Below are positions 1-8,541 of a DNA stretch of 31,403 nucleotides, piece after piece (the stretch's first letter is position 1; every line of letters begins with the position of its first letter). A program made the translations under genes and the position numbers. The DNA is from Promethearchaeota archaeon (lineage in GTDB: Archaea; Asgardarchaeota; Lokiarchaeia; Sigyniarchaeales; SOKP01): the NCBI GenBank assembly GCA_016839765.1, contig JAEOTP010000090.1:1-31403 (forward strand), in the 5' to 3' direction. Under the pieces are notes generated by a model that saw only the letters and a list, made by a program, of their open reading frames with translations, ran no database searches and was not told the origin of the DNA.

Positions 1-21
1 ATATATGGTTTTTAGGTACAC

Positions 22-1131
22 TTATTGAACAACCTTTCTTTTAACCATTAATCTATATATAACTGAAATGATTAAAATTAAACCTGATATACTAACAGTT
101 ATTATAACTGTTATTATAAAACTTGGATTTTGACTTGGATTTTGAGTTGGTGGTACATTTGAAAGTTCGAGGATTTCTAAACCATCATCTAAATCAGTTA
201 AAAACACTAAATTATTCTCAACATATAGATTTCTCGTGTGACCTCCATCATTAAATCCGCTTATCTTCCAAGGATTAGTAGGATCACTTATATTAACGAT
301 TTCAAGCCCATCATTATCATCTGATAGAAAAGCAAGATCATCTAAAATGAAAGCAAAGTATACATTACCTCCATTGTTGAACGATCCCAAAGTAATTGGA
401 AGGATAGGATCACTCACATTCAAGATCTCTAAACCATTTGAACTGTAACATAAGTAAGCTATATTTCCTATGACCTTAACACTATAAGCACCTACACCAT
501 TAAAGCACCCCCCGATTTCAATAGGATTAAATGGATCTGAAATATTAATTATTTCAAGACCAGCATGATATTCTGCTATATAAGCTAAGTCTCCATTAAT
601 AAAGACCCCGTTAGGAGCCCCTCCATCATTGTGTTCACCAATTTTCACAGGATTTCTAATATCACTACAGTTAATAATTTCAAGCCCATTTTCTATACTA
701 ATTAAATAAACAAGATCTCCAACTGTAAAAACGTCAGAAATATGCCCTCCATTATAAAAATCACTTATCTTAACAGGATTTAATGGATTTGATACATTGA
801 CTATTTGCAAACCACTAAAATAGTTCGCTAAATAAGCGATTCCATTAATAACATCGATACTGTGAGTTACTCCTAGGTCAAGGTGTCCCAACTCGATTGG
901 ATTGCGAGGATCAGAAACATCAATAATTTGCAACCCTTCTTCATTTCCCCCGACATAAGCTATGTCATCAATTACAACAACATCCCAAGCATTTAAAGTC
1001 TCGAATTGCCCGATCTTTTGTGGATTTAAATTGATATCGGCAGACACTATATTACTCTTTGAAGAAACTATAAAAAAGAGTAAAAGAACCAAAGGGAAGA
1101 ATTTTTTATAGATAAAATTTCTTGATTTCAT
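22..1131 (-). CDS. LVIVD-repeat (beta-propeller) cell-surface protein with signal peptide and C-terminal membrane anchor
   Basis: Seven ~43-aa repeats of the type AYxxxxxxGLxIx(D/N)VSDPxNP; N-terminal basic plus hydrophobic signal; P/Q/N linker, then a hydrophobic helix and KRK tail. Confidence 0.9.
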   Translation of the reverse strand: MKSRNFIYKKFFPLVLLLFFIVSSKSNIVSADINLNPQKIGQFETLNAWDVVVIDDIAYVGGNEEGLQIIDVSDPRNPIELGHLDLGVTHSIDVINGIAYLANYFSGLQIVNVSNPLNPVKISDFYNGGHISDVFTVGDLVYLISIENGLEIINCSDIRNPVKIGEHNDGGAPNGVFINGDLAYIAEYHAGLEIINISDPFNPIEIGGCFNGVGAYSVKVIGNIAYLCYSSNGLEILNVSDPILPITLGSFNNGGNVYFAFILDDLAFLSDDNDGLEIVNISDPTNPWKISGFNDGGHTRNLYVENNLVFLTDLDDGLEILELSNVPPTQNPSQNPSFIITVIITVSISGLILIISVIYRLMVKRKVVQ

Positions 1132-1238
1132 TTTTTATCAAATACTTTTTAATTTTTACAAAATAAGAAATAAATGTATTTATAAAGGTTTAAGGTGCAC
1201 TTTTCGAACAATTCAATAAAATAGTATGAAAAAAAGGG

Positions 1239-2213
1239 CTAACTCTTCTTTTTTATCTCGAAATTAACATCTTCGAATTTATTATGAATTGTTTGATAAA
1301 TCTTAAATTTTCCATCATCTAAAGCTTTTTTGATTATTTCATCAATCTCATCTTCATTGATAAGGCTCTTGGAGATTAAATCTTCCATCTTAGAATAAAC
1401 TAATTCTTTTATTTTATATTTAAAGCGGTTCTTTTTTTTTTCATTGATAAGGCCTGAAAGCTCAACATGTTCTTTATGATCCCAAATATTTTGTAAAAGA
1501 TCATCTATACCCTCTCCGTTATTAGCATCTGTCATTGAAACGGGCGGTCTCCAACCAGATTGAAAAATTGTATCATCAAGCATCATCTCTACCTGAACGG
1601 CTATATCTTCCCCACCTAAATCTTTTTTATTAATATCATAAATATCACCGATCTCGATAATCCCTGCTTTTTGCATTTGGATAGCATCACCATATCCAGG
1701 AACAAGAATGACAACAATAGTATATGCTAAGTTATAAACATCAAATTCAGCCTGTCCAACACCTACAGTTTCAATAATAATTACATCCATACCCCATGCT
1801 TCATAAAGTAAGCTTATATCAAAAACAGCTCTCGAAATTCCACCCTTATATCCCCTTGAAGCAAGACTACGTAAAAATACGTTCGGATGCAGAGTAATAT
1901 TAGTCATTCGTACTCTATCTCCTAAAAAAGCGCCTCCACTGAAAGGAGATGTCGGATCCACACAAATTATACCTACAGATTTACCCTGATCTAGTAATTT
2001 CTGAGTTATAGCACCAGTTAAAGTGCTTTTCCCCACACCGGGAGATCCAGTAATTCCAATGATATATGAATCATTTTTATTATCTTCAAAGTGTTTAAAT
2101 ATTTCATATGCCCTTTCAGGCTCATTTTCTATAATTGAAATTAATTTTGCTAGCGCAATTTTGTCTTTTTTTTTAAAATTGGGTATCAAAGTTCCTAAAT
2201 CATAACTCCTCAT
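1239..2213 (-). CDS. meaB: MeaB/ArgK family GTPase, chaperone of B12 acyl-CoA mutases
   Basis: GITGSPGVGKST, VDPTSPFSGGAFLGDRVRM, IIETVGVGQ, NKKD motifs; mutase subunits nearby. Confidence 0.95.
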   Translation of the reverse strand: MRSYDLGTLIPNFKKKDKIALAKLISIIENEPERAYEIFKHFEDNKNDSYIIGITGSPGVGKSTLTGAITQKLLDQGKSVGIICVDPTSPFSGGAFLGDRVRMTNITLHPNVFLRSLASRGYKGGISRAVFDISLLYEAWGMDVIIIETVGVGQAEFDVYNLAYTIVVILVPGYGDAIQMQKAGIIEIGDIYDINKKDLGGEDIAVQVEMMLDDTIFQSGWRPPVSMTDANNGEGIDDLLQNIWDHKEHVELSGLINEKKKNRFKYKIKELVYSKMEDLISKSLINEDEIDEIIKKALDDGKFKIYQTIHNKFEDVNFEIKKKS

Positions 2214-2418
2214 GAAAAATTGACTTCCTCAGATTCTTAGCTATATAAATTAAATACTTAGATAGAAAAATATTAGCTAGGTTTTTTAGTTTTTGACATT
2301 GTTTCGAATAAAAATATCGCAATATTTTTTATGAAAAATGGAATATTTTATTTATAGACACGACTAATATTGAAATATTTAACAATAAAATTAATTGAAG
2401 AAAATTAGAGGTATACAA

Positions 2419-3933
2419 ATGAGAACAAAAGAAGAGTATATGAACGATTTAAGCAAAATGAAAAGTAATCTATATTATGACGGTGAAAAAATTGATCGTT
2501 TAGACGAGAGACAAATGAACTGTATAAACACAATTGGAACCACATTTGATATGGTTGAGAAATTTGCAGATTTAATGCAGGTAAAATCTCATCTTATTGA
2601 TGAAACCATTAATAGATTTACACATATCCACCAAAATACTGATGATCTTCATAAAAAGCAAGATATGACCCGAAAGCTTTGCCAAGTAGTTGGTGGGTGT
2701 ATTCAACGATGTATGGGTTGTGACGGTGCTAACGCGGTATATAATGTTAGTTATGAAGCAGATAGATCAAACAAGGGAACCACAAACTATCACGAAAACT
2801 TTAAAAAATGGATGGAGCGATTTCAAAGGGAAGATTTAATTGCTGCGTGTGCTCAAACGGATGTTAAAGGTAATCGAATAAAGCGACCTGCAGATCAAGA
2901 AGACCCGGATATGTATGTTCATGTTGTGGAAAAAAGAAAAGACGGAATTATTGTGAGCGGATGTAAAGTACACATTTCAGAAGCTTCAGTTTCGGATGAA
3001 ATAATAGTTGTCCCGACAAGAGCATTACGACCAGAGGATAAAGATTATGCTGTTGCATTTGCCATTCCCGCAGATTATGAAGGGGTAAAACAAGTTGTTA
3101 CAATTCATAATCTTAGAGAGAGAAAACATTTCAAAAGAGGATTTATGCCAGGAGCTACGGATTCCTACATAATTTTTGATAATGTTTTTATTCCATGGGA
3201 AAGGGTTTTTCTTTGTGGCGAATATCAACATGCTGGTGCTCTTGCTTTGTTATTTGCATTATTTCATCGACATAGTTATTCAGGATGTAAACCGGCAATC
3301 GGGGATTTAATAGTAGGCACGGCTGCTTTAGCAGCCGAATATAATAATGTTCATAAAGCATCGCATGTAAGAGAGAAATTGGCAGAACTTATTATGGTTA
3401 CGGAACTTGGCTATGCTGCGGGATATACTGCATCTGATCTCGGCAAACCAGAAGTATACATGCCTGGTTTAGGATTTATTCCTTATGGCCCAGGAAGCTA
3501 TATACCTAATTCTATTTATTGCAATGTAGGAAGATGTTTAACTGGAGAAAATGTTTATCGGGAAGCGGAAATAATATGTGATATCTCAGGTGGTATTCCA
3601 GCTACTTTCCCTCATGAAAATGACTTCTTAAATCTAGAATTAAAGGATTATCTTTATAAGTATATTACCAGAAATCCAAAGATCGCACCTGAAAATGCAG
3701 CACAATTCTGGCGTTATGTTGGTGATATGCTTTGTTCTGCAACGGGAGGTATATATCAAGTTGGAGGTTATCATGGTGGGGGTTCCCCCGTAATGGAACA
3801 AATTGCCATCACAACACAATACGATATTGAATCTAGAAAACAATTAGTAAAGGATATTGCTGGAATTAACGACCAACTAAACGATGAGTTAAAAAAAGAA
3901 AAGAAATTAGTTTTACAGACTAAATCGGTGTAA
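2419..3933 (+). CDS. 4-hydroxybutyryl-CoA dehydratase/vinylacetyl-CoA isomerase (AbfD/HpaB) family protein, atypical
   Basis: CIQRCMG, AQTDVKGNR and HRHSYSGCK (Fe-S Cys/His ligands), HGGGSP; ATG at 2419 follows GAGGT and is preferred over TTG 2395. Confidence 0.88.
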   Translation: MRTKEEYMNDLSKMKSNLYYDGEKIDRLDERQMNCINTIGTTFDMVEKFADLMQVKSHLIDETINRFTHIHQNTDDLHKKQDMTRKLCQVVGGCIQRCMGCDGANAVYNVSYEADRSNKGTTNYHENFKKWMERFQREDLIAACAQTDVKGNRIKRPADQEDPDMYVHVVEKRKDGIIVSGCKVHISEASVSDEIIVVPTRALRPEDKDYAVAFAIPADYEGVKQVVTIHNLRERKHFKRGFMPGATDSYIIFDNVFIPWERVFLCGEYQHAGALALLFALFHRHSYSGCKPAIGDLIVGTAALAAEYNNVHKASHVREKLAELIMVTELGYAAGYTASDLGKPEVYMPGLGFIPYGPGSYIPNSIYCNVGRCLTGENVYREAEIICDISGGIPATFPHENDFLNLELKDYLYKYITRNPKIAPENAAQFWRYVGDMLCSATGGIYQVGGYHGGGSPVMEQIAITTQYDIESRKQLVKDIAGINDQLNDELKKEKKLVLQTKSV

Positions 3934-3963
3934 TATTTTTTATTTTTTTTTATTTCTTTTTTT
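3934..3963 (+). terminator. Oligo-T tract, probable archaeal intrinsic terminator
   Basis: Three long T runs directly after the stop at 3933, facing a convergent gene. Confidence 0.5.
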
Positions 3964-4082
3964 CATATGGAATTTCTTAAAGAAAAAAAAATAAGTAATA
4001 GATATAGCAACTTTAAGAATCTTTAGATATTCGAGTATCCTCAATTGCTCATTTCCTATATAGAAAGAATGAAAAAATAGGA

Positions 4083-4481
4083 TTATTTTTTGACATGTGT
4101 TTGAATAAATTCGACAATATCTGAAGTCATTGAACCAGGTCCATAGATATTTGCAACACCCATCTCTTTTAACTTAGCGAAATCTTTAGCAGGGATTACA
4201 CCCCCAAGTAGAATCATTATATTATCTAATACTCCTCGCTCTTTCAAAAGATCAAGGAGTTTTTGAGTGTACGCAAAATGAGCACCAGAATGTATACTTA
4301 GACCAATTACATCCACATCTTCTTGAATCGCAGCTTCAGCAATTTGTTGAACATTTTGAAAACCTCCAAAGATAAGTTCCATGCCTGCATCTCTTATAGC
4401 TCGAGAGACTACAATACCTCCACGCCAATGCCCATCTATTCCTGGTTTACTCATTAATACCCTTATCTTTTTGTCTGTCAA
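4083..4481 (-). CDS. Cobalamin-binding small subunit of acyl-CoA mutase
   Basis: DxHxxG motif (DGHWRG), IGLSIHSG, LLGGVIP; TTG start preceded by GGAGGTG. Confidence 0.93.
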   Translation of the reverse strand: MTDKKIRVLMSKPGIDGHWRGGIVVSRAIRDAGMELIFGGFQNVQQIAEAAIQEDVDVIGLSIHSGAHFAYTQKLLDLLKERGVLDNIMILLGGVIPAKDFAKLKEMGVANIYGPGSMTSDIVEFIQTHVKK

Positions 4482-4498
4482 TACTTACACCTCCCAAA

Positions 4499-6172
4499 TT
4501 AAATAGCAAGTGGTGGTTCCCAAATTCCATAGATTTCTCGATAGATATCACAAACCTCTTGAACGGTTGCACCCTCCTTTGTGGCTTCCATAACAGTTGG
4601 CATAACATTTTCCTCTTTTTCACAGACATTTCTGAGTTTATCTAAGATTCTTTCTAATTTCGCATTATCTCGACGCTCTTTTAATTTCATAATCCTATTA
4701 ACCTCAATTTCAATTGCTTTTTCATTAGTCCTAAAGACATCTGTCACAGTATCATAAGACACAGGGTACTTATTCACTCCAAGCATTGTTTCCTCACCAC
4801 TTTCAAGTCGCATTCTTCTTTTATGAAACGCATCCCTCATTTCCTTGTATAACCACCCCGTGGATAAAGCTTTATCAATTGTACCAACTTTTTCTATCTT
4901 ATCCATATATTTCCATACTCTTTCCTCTACTTCATCAGTGAGCCATTCGATATAATAAGAACCTGCTAAGGGATCAATAGTATTAGTAATTCTAGTTTCA
5001 TCTGAAATAACTTGTTGTGTTCTTAAAGCAACTAATGCTGCTTCCTCTGAGGGTAAACAAATTGCTTCATCATAAGAATTTGTATGTAGTGATTGACATC
5101 CTCCTAAATTAGCTTCTAATCCTTGTATCGCAGTTCGTACAATGTTTATCATTGGTAATTGAGCAGTTAAGGAACTTCCAGCGGTTTGTACATGAAATCG
5201 AAATTGTAAACTTCGTGTATCTTGGGCATTATATCTATCCTTCATTAATTTTGCCCAGATTCTTCTTGCAGCTCTGTACTTAGCGATTTCCTCGAAAAAA
5301 TCTTTATGAGCTGCTAAATGGAACGCTAATCTGTTAACAAAATCATCAATTTTCCATCCCCTCTCAATTAAATTATCAATGTGAGAACAAGCACTTGCAA
5401 AAACAAATCCTAACTCTTGAATTGCATCTATTCCTCCCTCACGGTAATTATATCCAGTAAAATTAATAGGATGCCATTTTGGTACGTTTTTCATTGGAAC
5501 TGTCCATTCAATAAAATCACAAGCCAATCTAAGTAAATGGTTAGGAGGGCTATTCTTATAAGGGATATAACCAACAGTCATAGTTAAAATATCGTTTTGG
5601 GTTGTTCCGATTAATTGGCTTATATCATAACCTCGCATTTTTGCCATATTAAAATACATGGAACATACAGGAGCACAGGTAAAGGGCTCAACTACTAATG
5701 CAACACTTACTTTATCAATAGGAATATTTTCAGTTAAAGCGAATAAACTATCAATACAATAAAGAGGTACACCAGAGGTACCAACTTCAGGTGCTCCGTC
5801 AGGATTAGTTGGATCAATTCCATTGAAGGTGAGTGCATCCACAGCAGCACTGAATCCTGTCTCTCCATTTTCATACAAATATTTCCATCTCTTATTGGTT
5901 TCTTCTGGTGTTCCATGACCAGAGAACAATCTCATAGTCCAATGTCTCCCTCTATACATGTTTGGATACGGGCCTCTAGTGTATGGAGGTTCTCCAGGAA
6001 ATCCAACTTTTTCAAAGTAATCGCCTTTTACATCCAATGGGGTATATAGTGGTTTAATTGGAATTTCAGAATCAGTAACAAATTTCGCATCTCGTTCTTT
6101 TAATTTCTTATACTTTTCTTCCCATTCTTGTTTTTTTAATTCTAACTTATATAGATAATTTTTGTCAAACAC
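4499..6172 (-). CDS. Methylmalonyl-CoA mutase family large (substrate-binding) subunit, non-canonical specificity residues
   Basis: PGEPPYTRGPY, QNDIL, HVQTAGSSLTAQ, LHTNSYDEA, DPLAGSYY; GTG start. Confidence 0.93.
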   Translation of the reverse strand: MFDKNYLYKLELKKQEWEEKYKKLKERDAKFVTDSEIPIKPLYTPLDVKGDYFEKVGFPGEPPYTRGPYPNMYRGRHWTMRLFSGHGTPEETNKRWKYLYENGETGFSAAVDALTFNGIDPTNPDGAPEVGTSGVPLYCIDSLFALTENIPIDKVSVALVVEPFTCAPVCSMYFNMAKMRGYDISQLIGTTQNDILTMTVGYIPYKNSPPNHLLRLACDFIEWTVPMKNVPKWHPINFTGYNYREGGIDAIQELGFVFASACSHIDNLIERGWKIDDFVNRLAFHLAAHKDFFEEIAKYRAARRIWAKLMKDRYNAQDTRSLQFRFHVQTAGSSLTAQLPMINIVRTAIQGLEANLGGCQSLHTNSYDEAICLPSEEAALVALRTQQVISDETRITNTIDPLAGSYYIEWLTDEVEERVWKYMDKIEKVGTIDKALSTGWLYKEMRDAFHKRRMRLESGEETMLGVNKYPVSYDTVTDVFRTNEKAIEIEVNRIMKLKERRDNAKLERILDKLRNVCEKEENVMPTVMEATKEGATVQEVCDIYREIYGIWEPPLAI

Positions 6173-6535
6173 GTGACTATCACACAGTATTGTTTAATTA
6201 GATATGACATATAGAATTATAATTATTTATTAAAATATTTAATCTTTTAAAATAGTTAAAGTGTTATCAAAATTATAAAGAGTAATTTTGAGAAAACACC
6301 TTAACTCTTTATCTTTGTCTATTTATTCATGGTTATGCTGAATAGAATCAAGAAAAACTATTTTTAATATTTAATTGAATTTTTATTATATCTTATAAAG
6401 AGATAATACCTAAAACTTTTCTAAATTGATAATTTCTTGTTATTTCTACTTAAAATATTATAGGAACATTTAAAAACTAAATTCTAGCCTAGATAATAGC
6501 TAAATATTAGAATTTTAAAAAAAGGTGATTAATAA

Positions 6536-6718
6536 ATGAGTTTAAAATGTAGTGGATGCGGTAAAATTGTTGAAACTCTCCCATTAGATTGTGGTTATAG
6601 CATTTCATTTAATGAAGAAAAGAACCAATGGGAATGTTATATGGAAAATTGTGGGTTTATATCATTTACAGAGTTCCTATGTGAAAATTGCTGTAAAAAT
6701 AGAGGAAATAAATCATAA
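6536..6718 (+). CDS. Small Cys-rich putative Zn-binding protein
   Basis: 8 Cys in 60 aa (CSGC...C...CxxxxC...CxxCC); AAGGTGA RBS upstream; T tract downstream. Confidence 0.75.
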   Translation: MSLKCSGCGKIVETLPLDCGYSISFNEEKNQWECYMENCGFISFTEFLCENCCKNRGNKS

Positions 6719-6802
6719 ATTTATTTTTTTCCCATTATTGTAGAAGATTTGATTTTTCTATATTTTTGATTAAAGTCGCAAATTCTATTATGATATAATT
6801 AA

Positions 6803-7168
6803 TTAAAACCATTGAGTAGCGTCTGCATCTAATACTAAATCATTCAATGTCGCGGCTCCTACTATTTTTACTCCTGAAATAAGATCAACTTTTTCCCAAC
6901 CTAACATTCTTTTTGAGGCTTCACAAACTAAAATTTTAATCCCCATTCCTAAAGTTTTGTCAATCATTTCTTTTACACTTGGAAAAGATCCAAGCTTAAT
7001 CCTCTCAGCTTCTCCAGGTTTCAATATTCTTAATCCAGGCCCCAAGTAATAAATTGTTGGATCTAGATCCATTGCTTTGGCAGTTTGTGCTAACACTAAT
7101 GGAGAATATTGACGTTCTGGATCATCACTTGTTTGAACATATAAAATTGATTTTTTTTCTTTACTCAT
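6803..7168 (-). CDS. DsrE family protein
   Basis: PLVLAQTAKAM, LVCEAS (conserved Cys), IVGAATL; typical length. Confidence 0.85.
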   Translation of the reverse strand: MSKEKKSILYVQTSDDPERQYSPLVLAQTAKAMDLDPTIYYLGPGLRILKPGEAERIKLGSFPSVKEMIDKTLGMGIKILVCEASKRMLGWEKVDLISGVKIVGAATLNDLVLDADATQWF

Positions 7169-7220
7169 GTATTTTCAACTCCAAATTGTAATTAAAATAA
7201 AAAGGGTGGTTACTCAATTC

Positions 7221-7478
7221 TTAAATAAGACTTTCAAAAATGCTTATACGTTTATCTGCTTTCCCCTTAGATTTTCTAATGAAATTCTTCTCTTGAAGCT
7301 TTCTTAAAGCATAAGCAACTGTACGTTTAGGAAGAAGTGTTTTGTTCAAAATCTCCCTCTCCTCTAAAGGACCTCTTTGCTTTAGTAAATACAGAATAAA
7401 TTTACTTGATGGAGATAAGGAAAACAAGTCGTTTTTTTCTTCATAACTTGTGATAAAATATAAATCCTCTACTATCAT
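7221..7478 (-). CDS. Small winged-helix (MarR/TrmB-like) regulator
   Basis: LSPSSKFILYLL...TLLPKRTVAYALRKL...DKR; AGGTGG RBS. Confidence 0.82.
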   Translation of the reverse strand: MIVEDLYFITSYEEKNDLFSLSPSSKFILYLLKQRGPLEEREILNKTLLPKRTVAYALRKLQEKNFIRKSKGKADKRISIFESLI

Positions 7479-7557
7479 TTAACCACCTATGTTGAAATAA
7501 TATAGCTATTTATTTAATTGTTCAATTTATAAAAAATAATAATCTTATATAATATTT

Positions 7558-7591
7558 ACCTAATTGAATAAACTTAAACAATCAATTAGGT
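7558..7591. promoter_or_regulatory. Perfect 10-bp inverted repeat next to a TATA-like element
   Basis: ACCTAATTGA-N14-TCAATTAGGT upstream of the wHTH-dsrE genes. Confidence 0.5.
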
Positions 7592-7624
7592 TTCAGTTTC
7601 AATCTAAAACATTATTTGATTTTT

Positions 7625-7641
7625 AGTTTCAAATTGAAACT
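7625..7641. promoter_or_regulatory. 17-bp palindromic putative operator, with a degenerate copy at 7595-7611
   Basis: AGTTTCAA-A-TTGAAACT; the copy AGTTTCAATCTAAAACA lies 30 bp away. Confidence 0.5.
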
Positions 7642-7682
7642 CAATTATAAATATAAAAATATTGTTAATAAAAGGAGTTTTA

Positions 7683-8246
7683 TCAAAAATTGCCACATCC
7701 ATCACATTTACCATCTAAAAAAGCTTCACATTCATTACATATGTTTCCACATTTAACTTCTTGACTTTTTTTACTAAAAAGATTCAGCGGAAGAAACTCT
7801 GGAGTTTTTAAGTTAGAGATAAATAATATCTCCGAATGTAAAATGCCATCTTTATTAGTAGGGCCGCAATAGTTTATATATCTGTGTAAGACATCTATGT
7901 TTTGACCAATTATGCCCATTATTAGATTATATTGACCTGTGATTTGGGCCAAAATAAAAATTCTCGGACAATCAGAATATGCTTTGATGATTTTCTTAAC
8001 CTCATCATAATTTTTCATTTCTAAGAGGATCAAACAGGCTTTATAATCTATTTCATTAATATTAATATTTCCTTGAATCTTGAGAATTTTTGAATTTTTT
8101 AATTTTTTAATTCGTTTTTTAACACCTGTATGGCTCATAATAGATTGATCTGTTTTAGTTACTTTCTCTCCGATATCGATTAAATTTTCTCGTCCATTTT
8201 TAAATAGAATATTTATAATTTGCTTATCGATATTATCTAACTTCAT
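7683..8246 (-). CDS. Lrp/AsnC family regulator with C-terminal Cys cluster
   Basis: LDNIDKQII...KRIKKL HTH; ITGQYNL RAM domain; tail CGNICNECEAFLDGKCDGC. Confidence 0.88.
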   Translation of the reverse strand: MKLDNIDKQIINILFKNGRENLIDIGEKVTKTDQSIMSHTGVKKRIKKLKNSKILKIQGNININEIDYKACLILLEMKNYDEVKKIIKAYSDCPRIFILAQITGQYNLIMGIIGQNIDVLHRYINYCGPTNKDGILHSEILFISNLKTPEFLPLNLFSKKSQEVKCGNICNECEAFLDGKCDGCGNF

Positions 8247-8335
8247 AATATAATTAATATAATTATTAATATTAAAAAAAAAGTTAATTGTTATAGAAAT
8301 ATCTCTGTTTAATTTAATAGGAGATTAATTTATAG

Positions 8336-8350
8336 ATGCAAAAATTGCAT
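8336..8350. promoter_or_regulatory. Putative Lrp-type operator upstream of the lrp gene
   Basis: ATGCAAAAATTGCAT = TGYA-W5-TRCA. Confidence 0.55.
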
Positions 8351-8541
8351 TTAACCTTATAAATTTTAAAGACTCATATTCAAAAAAAGGAAAAATTAAA
8401 TTCAATTTATTATTGGATTCAACCCTTAACGAATTTCTTTGTATTATGACTTACTTGTTTATTTTATTATAGGATTGAATTTTTTTTTCTTTTTCTCTTT
8501 TTCTTTTTACAGGATTGAAGATAAATTATCATATATATAAA

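Noticed and set aside
2419-6172. Autotrophic 3-hydroxypropionate/4-hydroxybutyrate cycle
   Set aside because: The mutase lacks the MCM Tyr/Arg residues, no carboxylase or epimerase is present, and the context is fermentative
7596-7640. GTTTCAAT...ATTGAAAC resembles the ends of archaeal CRISPR repeats
   Set aside because: No repeat-spacer periodicity and no cas genes; an operator is a better explanation
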